Below are positions 1 to 12,542 of a DNA stretch of 64,000 bases, piece after piece. Under the pieces are notes generated by a model. The model made no database searches. It was not told the origin of the DNA and saw nothing but the letters and a program-made list of their open reading frames with translations. Origin of the DNA: Chiloscyllium plagiosum (Eukaryota); assembly GCF_004010195.1 (NCBI RefSeq), contig NC_057749.1, positions 7,151,416-7,215,415 on the forward strand, in the 5' to 3' direction. The position numbers and the translations under genes are program-made. Numbering within the stretch: position 1 is the first letter of the stretch; each line of letters begins with the position of its first letter.

Positions 1-159
1 GAACAAGTGGAGTGTTTCACTGTTTTCTGCTCCGTTAGAATGATGTTCTTGGCTCCACTGTGTATAGGGTGGGCTGACATCCTGTGCTTTTTCTTTCAAA
101 AAGGTGCTGTGGCGTCTTTGTGTTCACTCAAGAGGTGAGAACTAAGAACACAGCGAAAC

Positions 160-690
160 CACTGATCCCCTCGAACCATTCAATGAGATCTTGGATGATC
201 TGTGACCTGATTCTGAATATCTGCCTTCACCCCATATCCCTGAAAAGCTCTGGTTATCAAAAATCTATTAATCTCTCATTTAACATTAACAATTGATTGA
301 CTACCGGCAGTGGTCGTTGGGGAAGGGAGTTTCAAATTGCAGCCAACCCTTCTGTACAGACATATTTCCTAACTTTCCTCCAATTTTAAGGCTATGACTG
401 TCTTCTTAATGATAATGGTCCAGTAATCAATTGCTCGTCAGGGACTGATTAACTCAATGAGCTCATTTCCTTAAAACAGTAAAACACATGATAAGTTATG
501 AAGCAGACACAATAACCAACCATAGCTTGCAGAAGCACAACAGACTGACTGTCAGGCAGACTCTCAACATTGAATACACACAGCATTCAAGGTGAACTCT
601 CTTAAAGGCAAGGTACACGTATGTCCCCTTGTCGAAACCCTAACCGAGCAGTTAGAGTAATCTCTATCTGTCTTCTTTACCCCTTTTACT
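160..690 (-). mobile_element. Degraded CR1-type LINE 3' fragment, interrupted by a ~225 bp insertion (395-619)
   Basis: Reverse-strand CR1 tail motifs (ccattcaatgagatc..., aattttaaggctatg|tccccttgtc). Removing the insert restores the LINE motif. Confidence 0.55.
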
Positions 691-1039
691 GGAGTGGAGC
701 TGTGGTTTAATGTCTCACTTGAAATATTTCACTTTTCACAGTGAGGCACTCACTCAGTTCTGTGCTGGAGTTCAGTTCAGACTCTGGGTTCAAACCTCTA
801 TGCGAGGTAAAAGTACTGCCCTTGCATTTGGATAACCCTTATTCACATATGATAATAATTGCGAAGTTGATCAGTTCTGTCTCTGTACATCAGTAATAAA
901 GGGCATCATTTAATGGCTTTCCTCAGGCCGTTTTTGGAAGCAGGAGCAATATGCAACATGCAGGAGGGTGCTGGAGGAGGGCACTGGCTCCTTCCTGCCT
1001 CTATCCCAAATTCTGGGGTGGGATCATTTCCTTGCCTGG

Positions 1040-1215
1040 CTCAAATTGAAGCCAACAGCATGGGAACCATTTCCATGCTGGCTAAGGTTATCATGAAGGA
1101 TTCTACTTTTCAATCTCTGCCCTGCGTGGTGACTGTCAGGTTACACAACCACCAGTTGACTGCCTTGAATGAAACAGCAGCCCTATGGTCTGGTAAGACT
1201 ATTGTCACTTTACCT
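1040..1215 (+). mobile_element. tRNA-derived SINE, unnamed family C (fragment)
   Basis: gccaacagcatggg...caggttacacaaccaccag...gcagccctatggtctggtaagactat matches the copies at 44582, 47800 and 62929. Confidence 0.6.
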
Positions 1216-1354
1216 TCACAATGTGCAACTGATCAATCATGCACTTGAGCAAAATTTTATGAAGACAAGGTGGAATCTTTCTGTCAGTGAAATATCCAAA
1301 TTTGGCCTCAGGCTGGAAGTGGCTGTCAATTGCAGTCCAGGCCAGGTTGACTCA

Positions 1355-1747
1355 GAGTCACAGAGGCATAGAGATGTACAGCATAGAAACAGACCCTTCA
1401 GTCCAACTCATCCATGCCGACCAGATATCCTAAATTAATCCAGTCCCATTTGTCAGCATTTGGCCCCTATCCCTCTAAACCATTCCGATTCATGTACCCA
1501 TCCAGATGCCTTCTAAATGCTGTAATTGTACCAGCCTCCACCACTTCCTCTGGCAGCTCATTCCACACATGCACCATCCTCTGCCTGAAAAGATTGCCCC
1601 TTAGGTCCCTTTTATATTATTCCCCTCTCACCCTAAGCCTATGCGCTCCAGCTCTGGACTCTCCCAACCCAAGGTAAAGACCTTGCCTATTTACATGCCC
1701 GTCATGATTTTATAAACTTGTTTAAGGTCACCCCTCAGCCTCCGATG
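1355..1747 (-). mobile_element. HER1/CR1 LINE 3' end
   Basis: Reverse complement of the tail seen at 9650-10178 and 14290-14730. Confidence 0.85.
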
Positions 1748-2156
1748 ACTTCTCTTACACCATTACCTACTTCTCAGCTCATTACATTGAAAACCACGAG
1801 TAGCTTGGCAAATCTTGTGGAGAAGGCAAGTAAGGTTTTTATGGGCTCCATTGTACATTTGCAAAGTCAAAGGCCCTGGTGCCATACTTTAAGGGTAACT
1901 CATCTGGCAGTCATTCCCTGGCATGGCAGGACCATCATTCAGTCTTGCAAAAGATGCCTACAGACAATCTGGCCCTTCCAACCGAGCTCTGGTCAGTCTG
2001 TATTCCCACCCCAGCGTGCCTCCCTTCGGCAGACCTGCCTCTTCAGCAAGATGGACGACTATCCTTGGCCATACCCTTTGACCTATGGTCATTACCATAG
2101 ACCCCCCCCGCTCTCTGTCACCCTCTCTATCCTTGGAACATCAAGAATCCATCTTC

Positions 2157-2426
2157 ACAGTCCACACTAACCCTCCTGAAGAGCAACCCACCCAGACTCA
2201 TTCCCCCACCCTACATTTACCCCTGATTAATGCACCTAACAATATGGGAATTGCCAATATTAACCTGACCTGCACATCTTGGACTGTGGGAGGAAAACAG
2301 AGCACCCGGAGGAAACCCACACAGACACGGGGACAATGTGCAAACTCCACACAGACAGTGGCCTGAGACTGGAATCGAACCCAGGTCCTTGGCGCTGTGA
2401 GGTAGCAGTATTAATCAATGAGCTAT
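2157..2426 (-). mobile_element. HE1-type V-SINE
   Basis: tRNA-like head plus V-domain (ggaggaaacccacacagacacgggg...tgcaaactccacacagac). Confidence 0.9.
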
Positions 2427-2613
2427 CAAGGTGCACAAGTTAGGGTGGATTGGCCATGCTAAATTCCCCATAGTGTCCAGGGATGTGTACGCTAGGCAGA
2501 TTAGCCATGGCTACGGGAATGGGCTGTGTCTGGGTTGGACGCTCTTTGGAGGGTCGATATGGACCTGATGGGCCGAAGGATCTACTTCCATTCTGTATGG
2601 ATTCAATGATTCT
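2427..2613 (+). mobile_element. HE1-type SINE 3' half
   Basis: ggattggccatgctaaatt...gggccgaagg...attcaatgattcta tail. Confidence 0.8.
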
Positions 2614-2904
2614 AAATCCCTGAAATTGGCTCGGCCAGGAATCAGAAAGCATGTATTGGTCACTCAGGGAGAAGCTAATTACAAAGGGGAATTAACTCTA
2701 CCCTTAATGAGATATGGAAATGCATGCAAAAGAGCCTGACATTGGAAAACGTGAATCACCTTTAATTTTCTGACAACTTAATTGCAAAAGTCCATCCCGC
2801 TGTAGGGAATCTGGTGTTTGGTTTCTCATGTAGCTACTTTCTCCCCGCAGCCTCTCTATGAGCTCCCTTGAGCAGAACTCATCCTTACAGGTGTTTATAA
2901 ACTA

Positions 2905-3228
2905 CCTACAGTAAACAAAGAGGCCATTCGGCCCATTGAATCTGCACCAACCCTCCAAAGAGCATCCCTCTCAGATCCAGCATCATCACCTTTTCCCTAT
3001 AGTCCCACAGTTACAATGGCTGACCCACGTAACCTGCACACTACGGGGCAATTTAGCATGGCTAATCCACCTGACCTGCACATCTTTGGATTGTGGGAAG
3101 AAACCAGAGCACACAGAGGAAACCCACGCAGACACGGGGAGAATGTGCAAACTCCACACAGACAGTAGCCCGAGGCTGGAATTGAATCCAGGTCCCTGGC
3201 GCTAACCACTGAGCCACCGTGCCGCCAC
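2905..3228 (-). mobile_element. HE1-type V-SINE with a deletion in the tRNA head
   Basis: V-domain present. The head lacks the cactgctgcctcacag segment found in other copies. Confidence 0.9.
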
Positions 3229-3240
3229 AGGAAACCCTCC

Positions 3241-3312
3241 TTCCCCGACAGGGAAACGAACCTGGGCCATGGCTTTGAACGAGCCGCATCTTAACCACTA
3301 CGCCACCAGGGA
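3241..3312 (-). pseudogene. tRNA-Glu(TTC) pseudogene
   Basis: Minus strand reads TCCCTGG TG GCGT AGTGGTT AAGA T GCGGCT CG TTC AA AGCCA TGGC CCAGG TTCGTTT CCCTG TCGGGGA A (72 nt), colinear with vertebrate tRNA-Glu. Acceptor stem pairs; D and T stems are damaged. Confidence 0.8.
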
Positions 3313-3789
3313 AGGCAATGTTCCACTAGCCTGATCTCAGATCTCCAGGTCTTCATCCAAAATCAAGAGACTCCCTGCTAACAATTACTGAAGGAGAAAA
3401 CCATCCTCTGTGCAGAATTAAACAGCAATAACAAACAGTATTAAAATTGGAAGGTTTGAAGGAGATACATGCAGCAACTACTTGGATGCTGGCCTTTCAG
3501 TTCCTCGGATTTAATGCCAATGCAGCCCACGATAATAGGATGAGAGGCCGTTCTATTGGCAACAGAAAGCCTTTATAAATTGAATTTGGGCACACTTAAT
3601 CTAGCTCCTTCTGGGCAGTGGGCCCAAAGCAGTGAAGTGTCCAAACTCAATATCAAGTTGGACTAAACCGGCAATCGTACCGATTTACTACAATTGGATA
3701 CTTGGCGTGCAAAGTATAAAAGTGCTGTCCTGATATATCAAGAGTCAATCTTCTCAGTTTAAAGGTGAGGCCCAGTGTTGGCAGGGTAG

Positions 3790-4520
3790 AGGGAGCTATA
3801 CTCTATGATTTTAATTCTTATCCCGGAGCATTGGAATCAGTACTGGGAACAGAGGGCTCTGTTCTGATGGGATAGGCTCCACCCTGAATCATACTGGGAC
3901 CAGATTCCTTGCGAATCGCTGCGGATAAGGCTTTAAACTAAACAGTGGGGCGCGGGGAGGGTACAGGTTGTGTGGCATATTTTGGAAAACGTAAAAAGGG
4001 GAGGGTTCAGCAGAGGTTATTAAAGTTTCCAGAACAAATAGTGGGGCAGAAAGTATGGAAGGGGTCAGGATTCTAACTTCAAGCACAACAGAAGAGGGGA
4101 CTACTATGAGAAGGGAGCAGGGGAGCAGGACTGAGGGTGTTGTGCTGAAATGCATGCAGTACAATGTAAATGAGTTTGTAGTGTCGATTGAAATTGGCAG
4201 GTTGCAATGTTATGAACATCACAGAGACATGGCTGCCAGGGGTTAGAGCTGGGTATTAAATCTCCAAGAATACACGTCCTACTGAAAGGGCAGACAGATG
4301 GGCAGAGGGTGAAGGGCTGTCTTGTCAATAAGAAATGAAATCAAGTCGATAGTAAGAAGTGATATCAAGGCGGAAATCATAGAATTGATGTGGGTTAGTA
4401 AGGGGATCGAGGGTTATGGAGAGAAGACAGGAGAATGGGATTGAGAAACATATGAGTCATGATATGGAGGAGACTCAAGGGGCTGAATGGCCTAACTCCT
4501 CTCCTATATCTCATGGTCAG
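3790..4520 (+). mobile_element. CR1 LINE remnant: ORF1 esterase C-terminus and ORF2 endonuclease start, joined to a CR1 3' tail
   Basis: Frameshifted translation HWNQYW...DRLH..HTGTRFLANR and LKCM...; the tail ggggctgaatggcctaactcct lies at 4400-4520. Confidence 0.7.
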
Positions 4521-4614
4521 ATGGTCTTGTGCTCACTTTCCTGCCATTTAATAAGATCATGGCTGATCTGATTATGGCCTCCCAATGAACTTCGACTCCC
4601 TTGTAGATCAAAAA

Positions 4615-4740
4615 AACAGTGCAGTGCTCCCTTTGGCATACACCAAGTGTCAGTCATGCTGCTGTGCTCACATCCTGGAATGGTATCCAAGACCTCCACT
4701 TTCTGATTCAGAAACGAGGGTGCTGCCTGTTGTACAAGGT
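4615..4740 (-). mobile_element. DeuSINE (SacSINE1/AmnSINE1-like) fragment
   Basis: acagtgcagtgctccct...gtgtcag...gtgctc...ttctgattcaga motif. Confidence 0.55.
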
Positions 4741-4976
4741 CATGGTTCTGAAACGGTTAATGCTGAGGATTGCACCCAATCTGATGTTGTCATAAGGGTA
4801 GGTTAGGGCAGAGCAGCTCTGGAGCAGGAAGGAGAGAGACCTTCTGTCGAGGTCCCCTTTGTAACAATGTTGAAAATCCCAGAGCCAGTTGTCATTATAC
4901 AACATACTGCATCTTGTTTCAGAGGCTCTTCCAGTTTGAAGACCTGGTGATTTTCTTTGCTGCACTAGATAAAACA

Positions 4977-5187
4977 AAGTTAAAAATCACACAACACCAG
5001 GTTATAGATCAACAGGTTTAATTGGAAGCACACTAGCTTTCGGAGCGATGAAGGAGCGATGAATCACCTGATGAAGGAGTGTCGCTCCGAAAGCTAGTGT
5101 GCTTCCAATTAAACCTGTTGGACTATAACCTGGTGTTGTGTGATTTTTAACTTTGTACACCCCAGTCCAACACCGGCATCTCCAAAT
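4977..5187 (+). mobile_element. Fold-back Penelope-like terminal-repeat insertion, family B
   Basis: 75 bp inverted arms (4974-5048 and 5082-5156, 2 mismatches), a 31 bp unique 3' end, and a 12 bp TSD ctagataaaaca (4965-4976, 5188-5199). Confidence 0.85.
5065..5099 (+). ncRNA. Minimal type I hammerhead ribozyme motif (family B)
   Basis: CAC-CUGAUGA-A-GGAGU guc GCUCC-GAAA-GCU-A-GUG: stem I CAC/GUG, palindromic stem III AGCU, CUA cleavage triplet. Confidence 0.75.
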
Positions 5188-5789
5188 CTAGATAAAACAG
5201 GACATGTGAATCATCCCCGAAAGGAGGATGGTGGCAGTACAGCTATCTGATGGTAAGACTCTGGCTATCTCATACAAATGGTGCCAGCTATGCTTGCCTT
5301 TCGATATCATTTAGGTGAACCATTACAACACTACCAACTCCGCCATGGTTTTTGACTGATTCAGGCACTATGTAAGCAAAGTTTCTCTTAGGTACCTCAA
5401 CATTTGGGAGGTCAGAAAATCCATCGAGACCTTCAAGGCATCTGTAACTTCCATTCCTTATTGTATGCTTTGCTATCGATGCCACAATTCACTGACCTTC
5501 TCCACACTTTTTCAACCCCTCCCCACCTTTGGGATAGTGGACTGAGATAATTCAACTATGACTGAGGCCTGCCCACTGTGGTACATTAAAGGAGAAACGC
5601 TGGAATGGTACTGAGCAAAGAATGCAAGCTGCAAAAAAGGAGTTGAACTTAAAAGGGCATTAAAGGCTTGAAAGCCTCATGTGCAGTGAAGGAAAGTTTA
5701 TTGCCAATCCTGTCACCAACTTTGTTCAGAGGGAACTTCCAATAATATTGTCAACAGTTGCTTTTTGATCTGTTCTGCTTCATACAATT

Positions 5790-6125
5790 CCTTCAGTGTG
5801 GATGCAAGCCATTCTGCCCATCACATTTATACTGACCTTCTGAAGGCTATCCCACCCAGATCCATCCCAACCATGTAACCCTGGATTCCTCATGGCTAAT
5901 CCACCTAACCTACACAATCCTGGACACTATGGGCAATTTAGCATTTTTACTCCACCTGACTTGAACATCTCTGGATTGTGGGAGGAAACCAGAAAACACA
6001 AAAGAATACCCACACAGACACAGGGAGAACTTGCAAAGTGTAGGCAAACAGTCATCCAAGAGTGGAATTGAACTTGGTCTCTGGTGCTATGAGGCAGCAC
6101 TGCTGACCACTGAGCTACCATGTCG
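5790..6125 (-). mobile_element. HE1-type V-SINE (diverged)
   Basis: V-domain and head motifs. Confidence 0.85.
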
Positions 6126-6160
6126 AGTGGGTTGAGAACACATTGGTAATTCTGTCAGAT

Positions 6161-6486
6161 GTTAGATTAGATTAGATTCCCTCCAGTGTGGAAACAGGCC
6201 CTTCGGCTCAATAAGTCCACACCGACCCTCCGAAGAGCAACCCACCCAGACCCATTCCCCTATATTTACCCCTGACTAATGCACCTAACACTATGGGGCA
6301 ATTTAGCATGGCCAATTCACCTAACCTGCCCATCTTTGTTGACTGTGGGAGGAAACCGGAGGAAACCCATGCAGAACGGGGAAAATGTGCAAACTCTACA
6401 CAGACATTTGCCCGAGGGGGGAATTGAACCTAGGCCCCTGGTGCTGTGAGGCAGCAGTGCTAACCACTGAGCCACCGTGCCGCCCC
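6161..6486 (-). mobile_element. HE1-type V-SINE
   Basis: (TTAGA)n tail, V-domain and head ggggcggcacggtggctcagtgg. Confidence 0.92.
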
Positions 6487-6605
6487 AATGTGACCTTTTC
6501 TGTCCACTGGACTGGGCATAATGGGGCAATGGTTGAATGTTTCATTTGCAAGGTGGCACTTCTGTCTGTGCCACACTGCCTCAGTGCTGCACCAATACTT
6601 AAAGG

Positions 6606-7218
6606 TGTTATGGACTAGGCCAGACCCCTCAAAACATTTTTAAGCAAGTAACCCAGATCATTACTTTGCTATTTATTTTTAGCGAGGTGCATAGTAGATA
6701 TTCCCAGAGTAAACTAGCTAGTTCGACTGCCAAGTTTTAAACAGACAAAATTTACTTACAAAAGTATGGAATGAAATGCATAGAACAGAAAACAGAATAC
6801 CAGATAACTTACCCAATCTAAACCCGACTTAATGACGCTGTTCCGAAAATACTTGCAACAGTCCCAGTACACACATTCCTTAGCACAAACAGCAAACAAT
6901 GACACAGGCAACTTACAGTTCAAAATCATAAGGGCAGAAGGACAGAGAGAAGGCTTCCAGTTTCCACTGTGACTGTTACTCACCTCACTCCTGAACTGAA
7001 TTGAACTGCACAGCTAGAGAGCTGGCCACGTCCCTTGACTATATCAGGTTTTCAAAAGACCTTTCAGGCTTTTGGCCTGAAGCGCTATCTGTTCAGGTAA
7101 ACAACAAGGCTCCAATGAACCATTCAAATTCAGATATGATGGAGCCTGGCCAATTACCCCTTCTCTGAAAAAAAGACTCAAGGGCAAAGTAATTTCATAC
7201 CAGACCAGTTTTGTGACC
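6606..7218 (-). mobile_element. Solo LTR (probably Gypsy-type)
   Basis: Runs tgttatggactaggcc...ttgtgacc with a 4 bp TSD aagg (6602-6605, 7219-7222). Homologous in reverse orientation to 50751-51465. Confidence 0.7.
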
Positions 7219-8999
7219 AAGGTAAGATGTGATGGTATGGCAAGTAGCAACACTATCACAGATGAAATGAGGTTTGAAAGCCATACAAAAGAAAAAGAAC
7301 TGGTATTTAAGTAGGCTTTTACATGGGACAGCAGGGCTTCAAAAATGCCCCAATCATGTAAGAGTCCTTTGGATGTTACACTGGAGAGAACTGAAGAACT
7401 AAGTTGAGTCAAGCCACATTCCACAATTTTTATTGTGACCTCACTCTCAAAGCTGCCATTAATGTGTGGACCAAACACACCATCAAAGTCAAATGACCAT
7501 CTTTTCAAGCTGTAAATCCTGCATTTTTCCATATGGTCAATTAAGGAGCATGGGCCTGATTTATTAAATGTGACTGCTGCCTTTACTGCCTTCCTCCACA
7601 GTGAAAAAACATTGCGGTAAATTCTTAATCCATACAAATATTTCCACTGCAAGGACGACAGCCCAGAATCTACAACATAACTACCCTTCCATATTTTTGC
7701 TTTCTAAATTCACAACAAGCCTCCCACCGCCAACATCCCTATGTCCACCCCTGCCCACAGGTCACTAAAGAAAATATCATGTGAAGGCTTCAGGACCCTG
7801 GAGCAACCTGTTGAGGATGTCATGGAGCTATACATCACTGAGCATAAATAACACAGCATGGGTGTAAATAGTACACTCTAAAATGAGAGAGTCTTAAGAG
7901 CACACAAAGAATGCAACTACAAGACGAGAGCCTGATATATCTTTGATTACCACGTATAGCAGTATTTTGTATTAATGTGTAACAAATACTGTTACTTCAA
8001 AGTCAAAGCCTGAAGTCTGTTCTCAAATTAGTCCTGACTGTTCCTGAACCCAAATGCATTTTGTGGTATCAAACCACAGGATGAGAGAGAAACTACTTGG
8101 AAAGAAGGGGCAAAGATAAGTCTTTATACAATCCTAGCATGACAAACAGATGAACAACAAATTAAACAAGTAATGAGGAATCAGCAGGTAAATACCAAAC
8201 TCAATATGCTGGGAATGAGCGCATCAGGCTCATACAGTATTTTACCCCAGACTTAATGAAAATCAGCCCTAATTGCATGATTATTTTGTAATTATCTTTG
8301 TATTGCTTTGTACTCCCTTGGCTGGGTAAATTATTATGGATCCTGCATTCATTTTAATTTAACTGCTTCAGCCTTACCTCTCCACCTCACTGCCTGTCTT
8401 GTATAAGAGAAGACTGATCTTTGTTTCAGTTCATTCCAATAGATGTCATTTCTCTTTTCATTTTCTTGTTGCATTTATTACTCCCAACATTCAAAGTGAA
8501 AGGAAGGAATCTCTTAGGGATCTGAGTGGCGTGGGCGATGGTGAGATTTATGGCAAAATCAGACAAGAACTCTGTCGTGGTCTGTCTTGACTTCAGGAGG
8601 GTCTGTCTGCATCTTTTACACTCTGCCGAGTGGCAAAGCAAGTTTCTCACTACTTCAGGGGGATCATAGCTTGTCGAATGCTTTATTCATGATGTAATTT
8701 TCATCACCAACATTCAGCTTCTTACCTTACCAAGATGCCAAATAAGTTAGATGTTGAGAGATCCCCACATGCAAATCAAAGAGTGTGCCTGGTGACTTGA
8801 ACTTGCTGCTGGCTATAAGAAACCTTCATGTTTCTCAAGACCAAAGAGTATCTCAGAGGCGTAACCTACAGGCACCAACCACTCACATCCCGCATCCATG
8901 GACATTGGATCACTGTTAGCATTGACACCCAACACTTTCCATACCCTCACCAACCATTGTGGCCCCTCTCCCAGGAAGCACAGACTGGGCACACCCGAC

Positions 9000-10178
9000 A
9001 ACTAATAATTGGAGGATTGCTTTTCAGACTGGAGGCCTGTGACCAGTGGTGTGCCACAAGGATTGCTGCTGGATCCACTGCTCTTTGTCATTTACACAAA
9101 TTATTTGGACATGAATATAAGAGCCTCTAAATTAGCAGATGACACCAAAATTGGAAATGTGGAGGACAGTGAAGAAGGTTACTTCAAAGTACAACACGAC
9201 CTTGATCAGATGGGCCAATGGGCTGAGGAGTGGCAGTTTAATTTAGATAAATGTGAGGTGCTGCATTTTGGAAAGACAAATCAGAGCAGGACTTAAACAC
9301 GTAATTGTAAGGTCCCAGGGAGTGTTGCTTAACAAAAAGACCTTGGAGTGCAGGTTCATAGTTTCTTGAAAGTGGAGTTGCAGAGAGACAGGGTAGTGAA
9401 GAAGGCATTTGGTATGCTTTCCTTTATTGGTCAGTAGATTGAGTATAGGAGTTGGGTGGTCATGTTGCAGCTGTACAGGACATTGGTCAGGCCACTTTTG
9501 GAATATTGTGTGCAATTCTGGTCTCCCTGCTACGGGAAGGATGATGTGAAACTTAAAAGGGTTCAGAAAAGATTTACAAGGATGTTAGGCAGGGTTGGTG
9601 GGTTTGAGCTATAGGGAGAGGCTTAATAGGCTGGAGCTGTTTTCCCTGGAGAGTTGGAGGCTGAGGGGTGACTTCATAGAGGTTTATAAAATCATGAGGG
9701 GTATGGATAGGGAAAATAGATAAGATCTTTTCCCTGGGTCGGGGAGTCAATAACTAAAGGGCAGAAGTTGGGTGAGAGGTGAAAGATTTAAAAGAGACCT
9801 AAGGGGCAACTTTTTCAGGCATATATGGAATGAGTTGCCAGAGGAAGTGGTGGAGCCTAGTATAATTACAACATTTAAAAGGCATCTGGGTGGGTACATA
9901 AAAAGGAAGGGTTTAGAGGGATATGTCCAAATACCTTTCCAGATGCCCATTTACCAATGCCAAGTTTCTCAATTATATGAGTGCCTTTGTATGAAGGATT
10001 CCCCCAGGATCTCACAGGCAATGCCTTGCTCTCCAAACAGCCTGAAACTTTGGCTCCATTTCTCTCTCCACAAGTGTGGCAAATGAGACTAGATTAATTT
10101 CAGATATCTGGTTGGCATGGATGAGTTGGACCGAAGGGTCTGTTTTGTGCTGCACAGCTCTACGACTCTATGACTGTA
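9000..10178 (+). mobile_element. HER1/CR1 LINE, 3' 1.2 kb (RT C-terminal half, disrupted)
   Basis: WRPVTSGVPQG...LFVIY...ADDTKIG...DKCEVLHFG; ctctatgact-type tail. Contains a 150 bp foreign insert at 9931-10080. Confidence 0.93.
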
Positions 10179-10360
10179 TCTAAGTTGATGGAGAGTTACG
10201 GAGGATTGGACAAAAGATTGGTTGAGGAGGAGTTTCCAAGAAGGTCATGAGAGCTGACAAGGATTTTAGAAGGACGTTCCAGAAAGTGTGATGTTGGTTA
10301 TGGATTGGACAGCCCCCAAGGTGGGACAAAATGTGATCAGCCACATTATTACAATCATTG

Positions 10361-10460
10361 AGTGTGTGTGTGTGTGTGTGCACGTGTGTGTATGTGTGTG
10401 CATATGCGCATGTGTGTGTGTTGTCTCTGCACGTGTGCATGTGTGTGTATCTATATGCAT
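10361..10460. repeat. (TG)n-rich microsatellite
   Basis: Imperfect alternating purine-pyrimidine run. Confidence 0.9.
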
Positions 10461-11549
10461 CTGTTAATATTCCCCAGGTAAAAATGTGAACATGACTGTG
10501 CACTTAGCTGCATTATGGATTATGTTACATTGCGATTATCATACCCAATCACCATTAAACCTGTGTCATCCTAATTCTATACATAATGTCATGAGCTGCA
10601 AAACATTCAGCTTTTCATGAGAGCTTTATTTTCACCCTTCTCTGGAAAAATACTCTACAATAACTGGCAACTAGGCACTTGTGTTTGTACATAATAAGTC
10701 AGTGTGGAAAATTATCGCAAAATGAACTTTTGTCCTCTTGTGAGAATTATTACGCTGGTGTCTAGGCCATCAGCTAGTGCTGACTAGATTCAAAGAGCAA
10801 TCATTTGCTTAGCAGCAAGCTACAGAGATGAACAATTATGTCAATGATCAATATAGCAACCACTGTAGTTAAGCATCTAAGGAGCTTGTTAATGTTATAA
10901 TTTTGTTCTTATAGTATACAGTGCAGCCTGGAGAGCTAACGGGATATTGGTTCTGTGGTCCAGTTGCATTCAGTTCTGTATTTCGATATATTATCTTTTT
11001 AAGGGTGGAATCTGGAGGAGATGAAGAAAAGTGCAGGTGAGAATCCTTATTTGCCTCTTGGTGGAAAGGCTCATCACAAATCGCTCAACTCAGTTATCTA
11101 ACCACCCAGGAGCAGACCACTCACATGACCAAGGACCTCAGGAATAGAAATTGCCCCCTGTCCAGTTAACAGGTGGCCAACAGCTCTACTGTAAACAATA
11201 GTTCAGGCTATCCAAAGTCTCAGATCAACAAGGGTCGCAGGTCATGGAGTAGTGAGGACGGGAAGGATGTCATTGGAGGCAGGAACAAGGGGCTCAGCAG
11301 CAAGGGGCATGATCAGATTCTCAGTGGCCACCACTCCCCCATACCTTTCCAGATGCCCATTTACCAATGCCAAGTTTCTCAATTATTTGAGTGCCTTTGT
11401 ATGAAGGATTCCCCCAGGATCTCACAGGCAATGTCTTGCTCTCCAAACGGCCTGAAACTTTGGCTCCATTTCTCTCTCCACAAGTGTGGCCTGCTCTGTT
11501 GAGCTTTTCCAGAGTCTATTTTTGTTCTTATAAACAACGTTGATACAAC

Positions 11550-12020
11550 TGGGTGACTCGCTAGGCCATTTCAGAGGGCAATTTAAAGTCACCAACATTG
11601 CTGCGGGTCTGGAGTCACATTAGGCCAGACCGGGTGAGGATGGCAGATTTCCTTCCCGAAAGGAAGTGAGGGAGCCGGATAGCTTTTTTTTAAAACAAAT
11701 TGACAATAGTTCCTGAAAACGCTTTCAGAGTCTTTGGAGTTCCATTCCTCAAAAGGCATTTGCTGCAGAGTCTTTAAATAGTTTTAAGGCCAAGGTAGAC
11801 AAATTCTTGATTACCAGGAGGATGATTATTGGGAGATACAGGAATGTAGAGTTGATTTTATTGAATGGTGGAACAGGATTGAAGGGTTGAGTGGCCTCCT
11901 TCTCTTTATATATAAATAGCTTCAGTTGTATATATTAGTTGAATTTAAATTCCACCAGTTGCTGTGGTGGGAACTGAACCCTTATCCCCTGAAGTATTAA
12001 TTGTTGAAATTACCATTGTG
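11550..12020 (-). mobile_element. tRNA-derived SINE, unnamed family B, interrupted by a CR1 tail fragment (~11725-11905, + strand)
   Basis: tctggagtcaca..taggccagac..ggatggcagatttccttccc is the reverse of the family B core. Confidence 0.65.
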
Positions 12021-12289
12021 CCATTGCCTGTCATAACATAACTAAGGCAGTATTTAAAAAGCACTTACCATTGCACCGTCATCATTCTAAACTTGGAAAT
12101 ATATTTCCATTTCTTCACTGTCACTATGCCAGGATCCTCTGACCCTACCCCCTACAGCAATGTGCAGGGAGCTTCATGGCAGTGGTTCAAGAAGGTGATT
12201 TCAGAATGGCCAATTATTGCTGGCCTTTCTGAGGATGCTGAAAACACATGAATAGAGGAGATGATGGGATAGTGGTATGGTCTTTAATG

Positions 12290-12512
12290 TTAACTATTGG
12301 ACTCTAATGTTGACTATTATCTTATTACTTTATTTTTCTACTTAATCTATAAAGTAATGCCTAACGTTTTAACTCTGTTTCTCTTACAACTTTGTATCTA
12401 AGTTATCTGTACCGAGGTACCTAAGATGGCACCTCGTGTGGTGACATCCTACACTTTTCACTGTCGTCCTATACTTGAATACACATGACAATCAAATCTA
12501 AAATCTAAATCT
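12290..12512 (+). mobile_element. Unclassified non-LTR 3' end with (aatcta)n tail
   Basis: acttttcactgt...acacatgacaatcaaatctaaaatctaaatcta; a homologue lies on the minus strand at 62905-63615. Confidence 0.55.
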
Positions 12513-12542
12513 AATAATCCAGAATCCCAGACCCATGTTTTG

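Noticed and set aside
7044..7652. 202 aa minus-strand ORF
   Set aside because: No recognisable domain, non-ATG start, and it runs into a solo LTR; probably chance.
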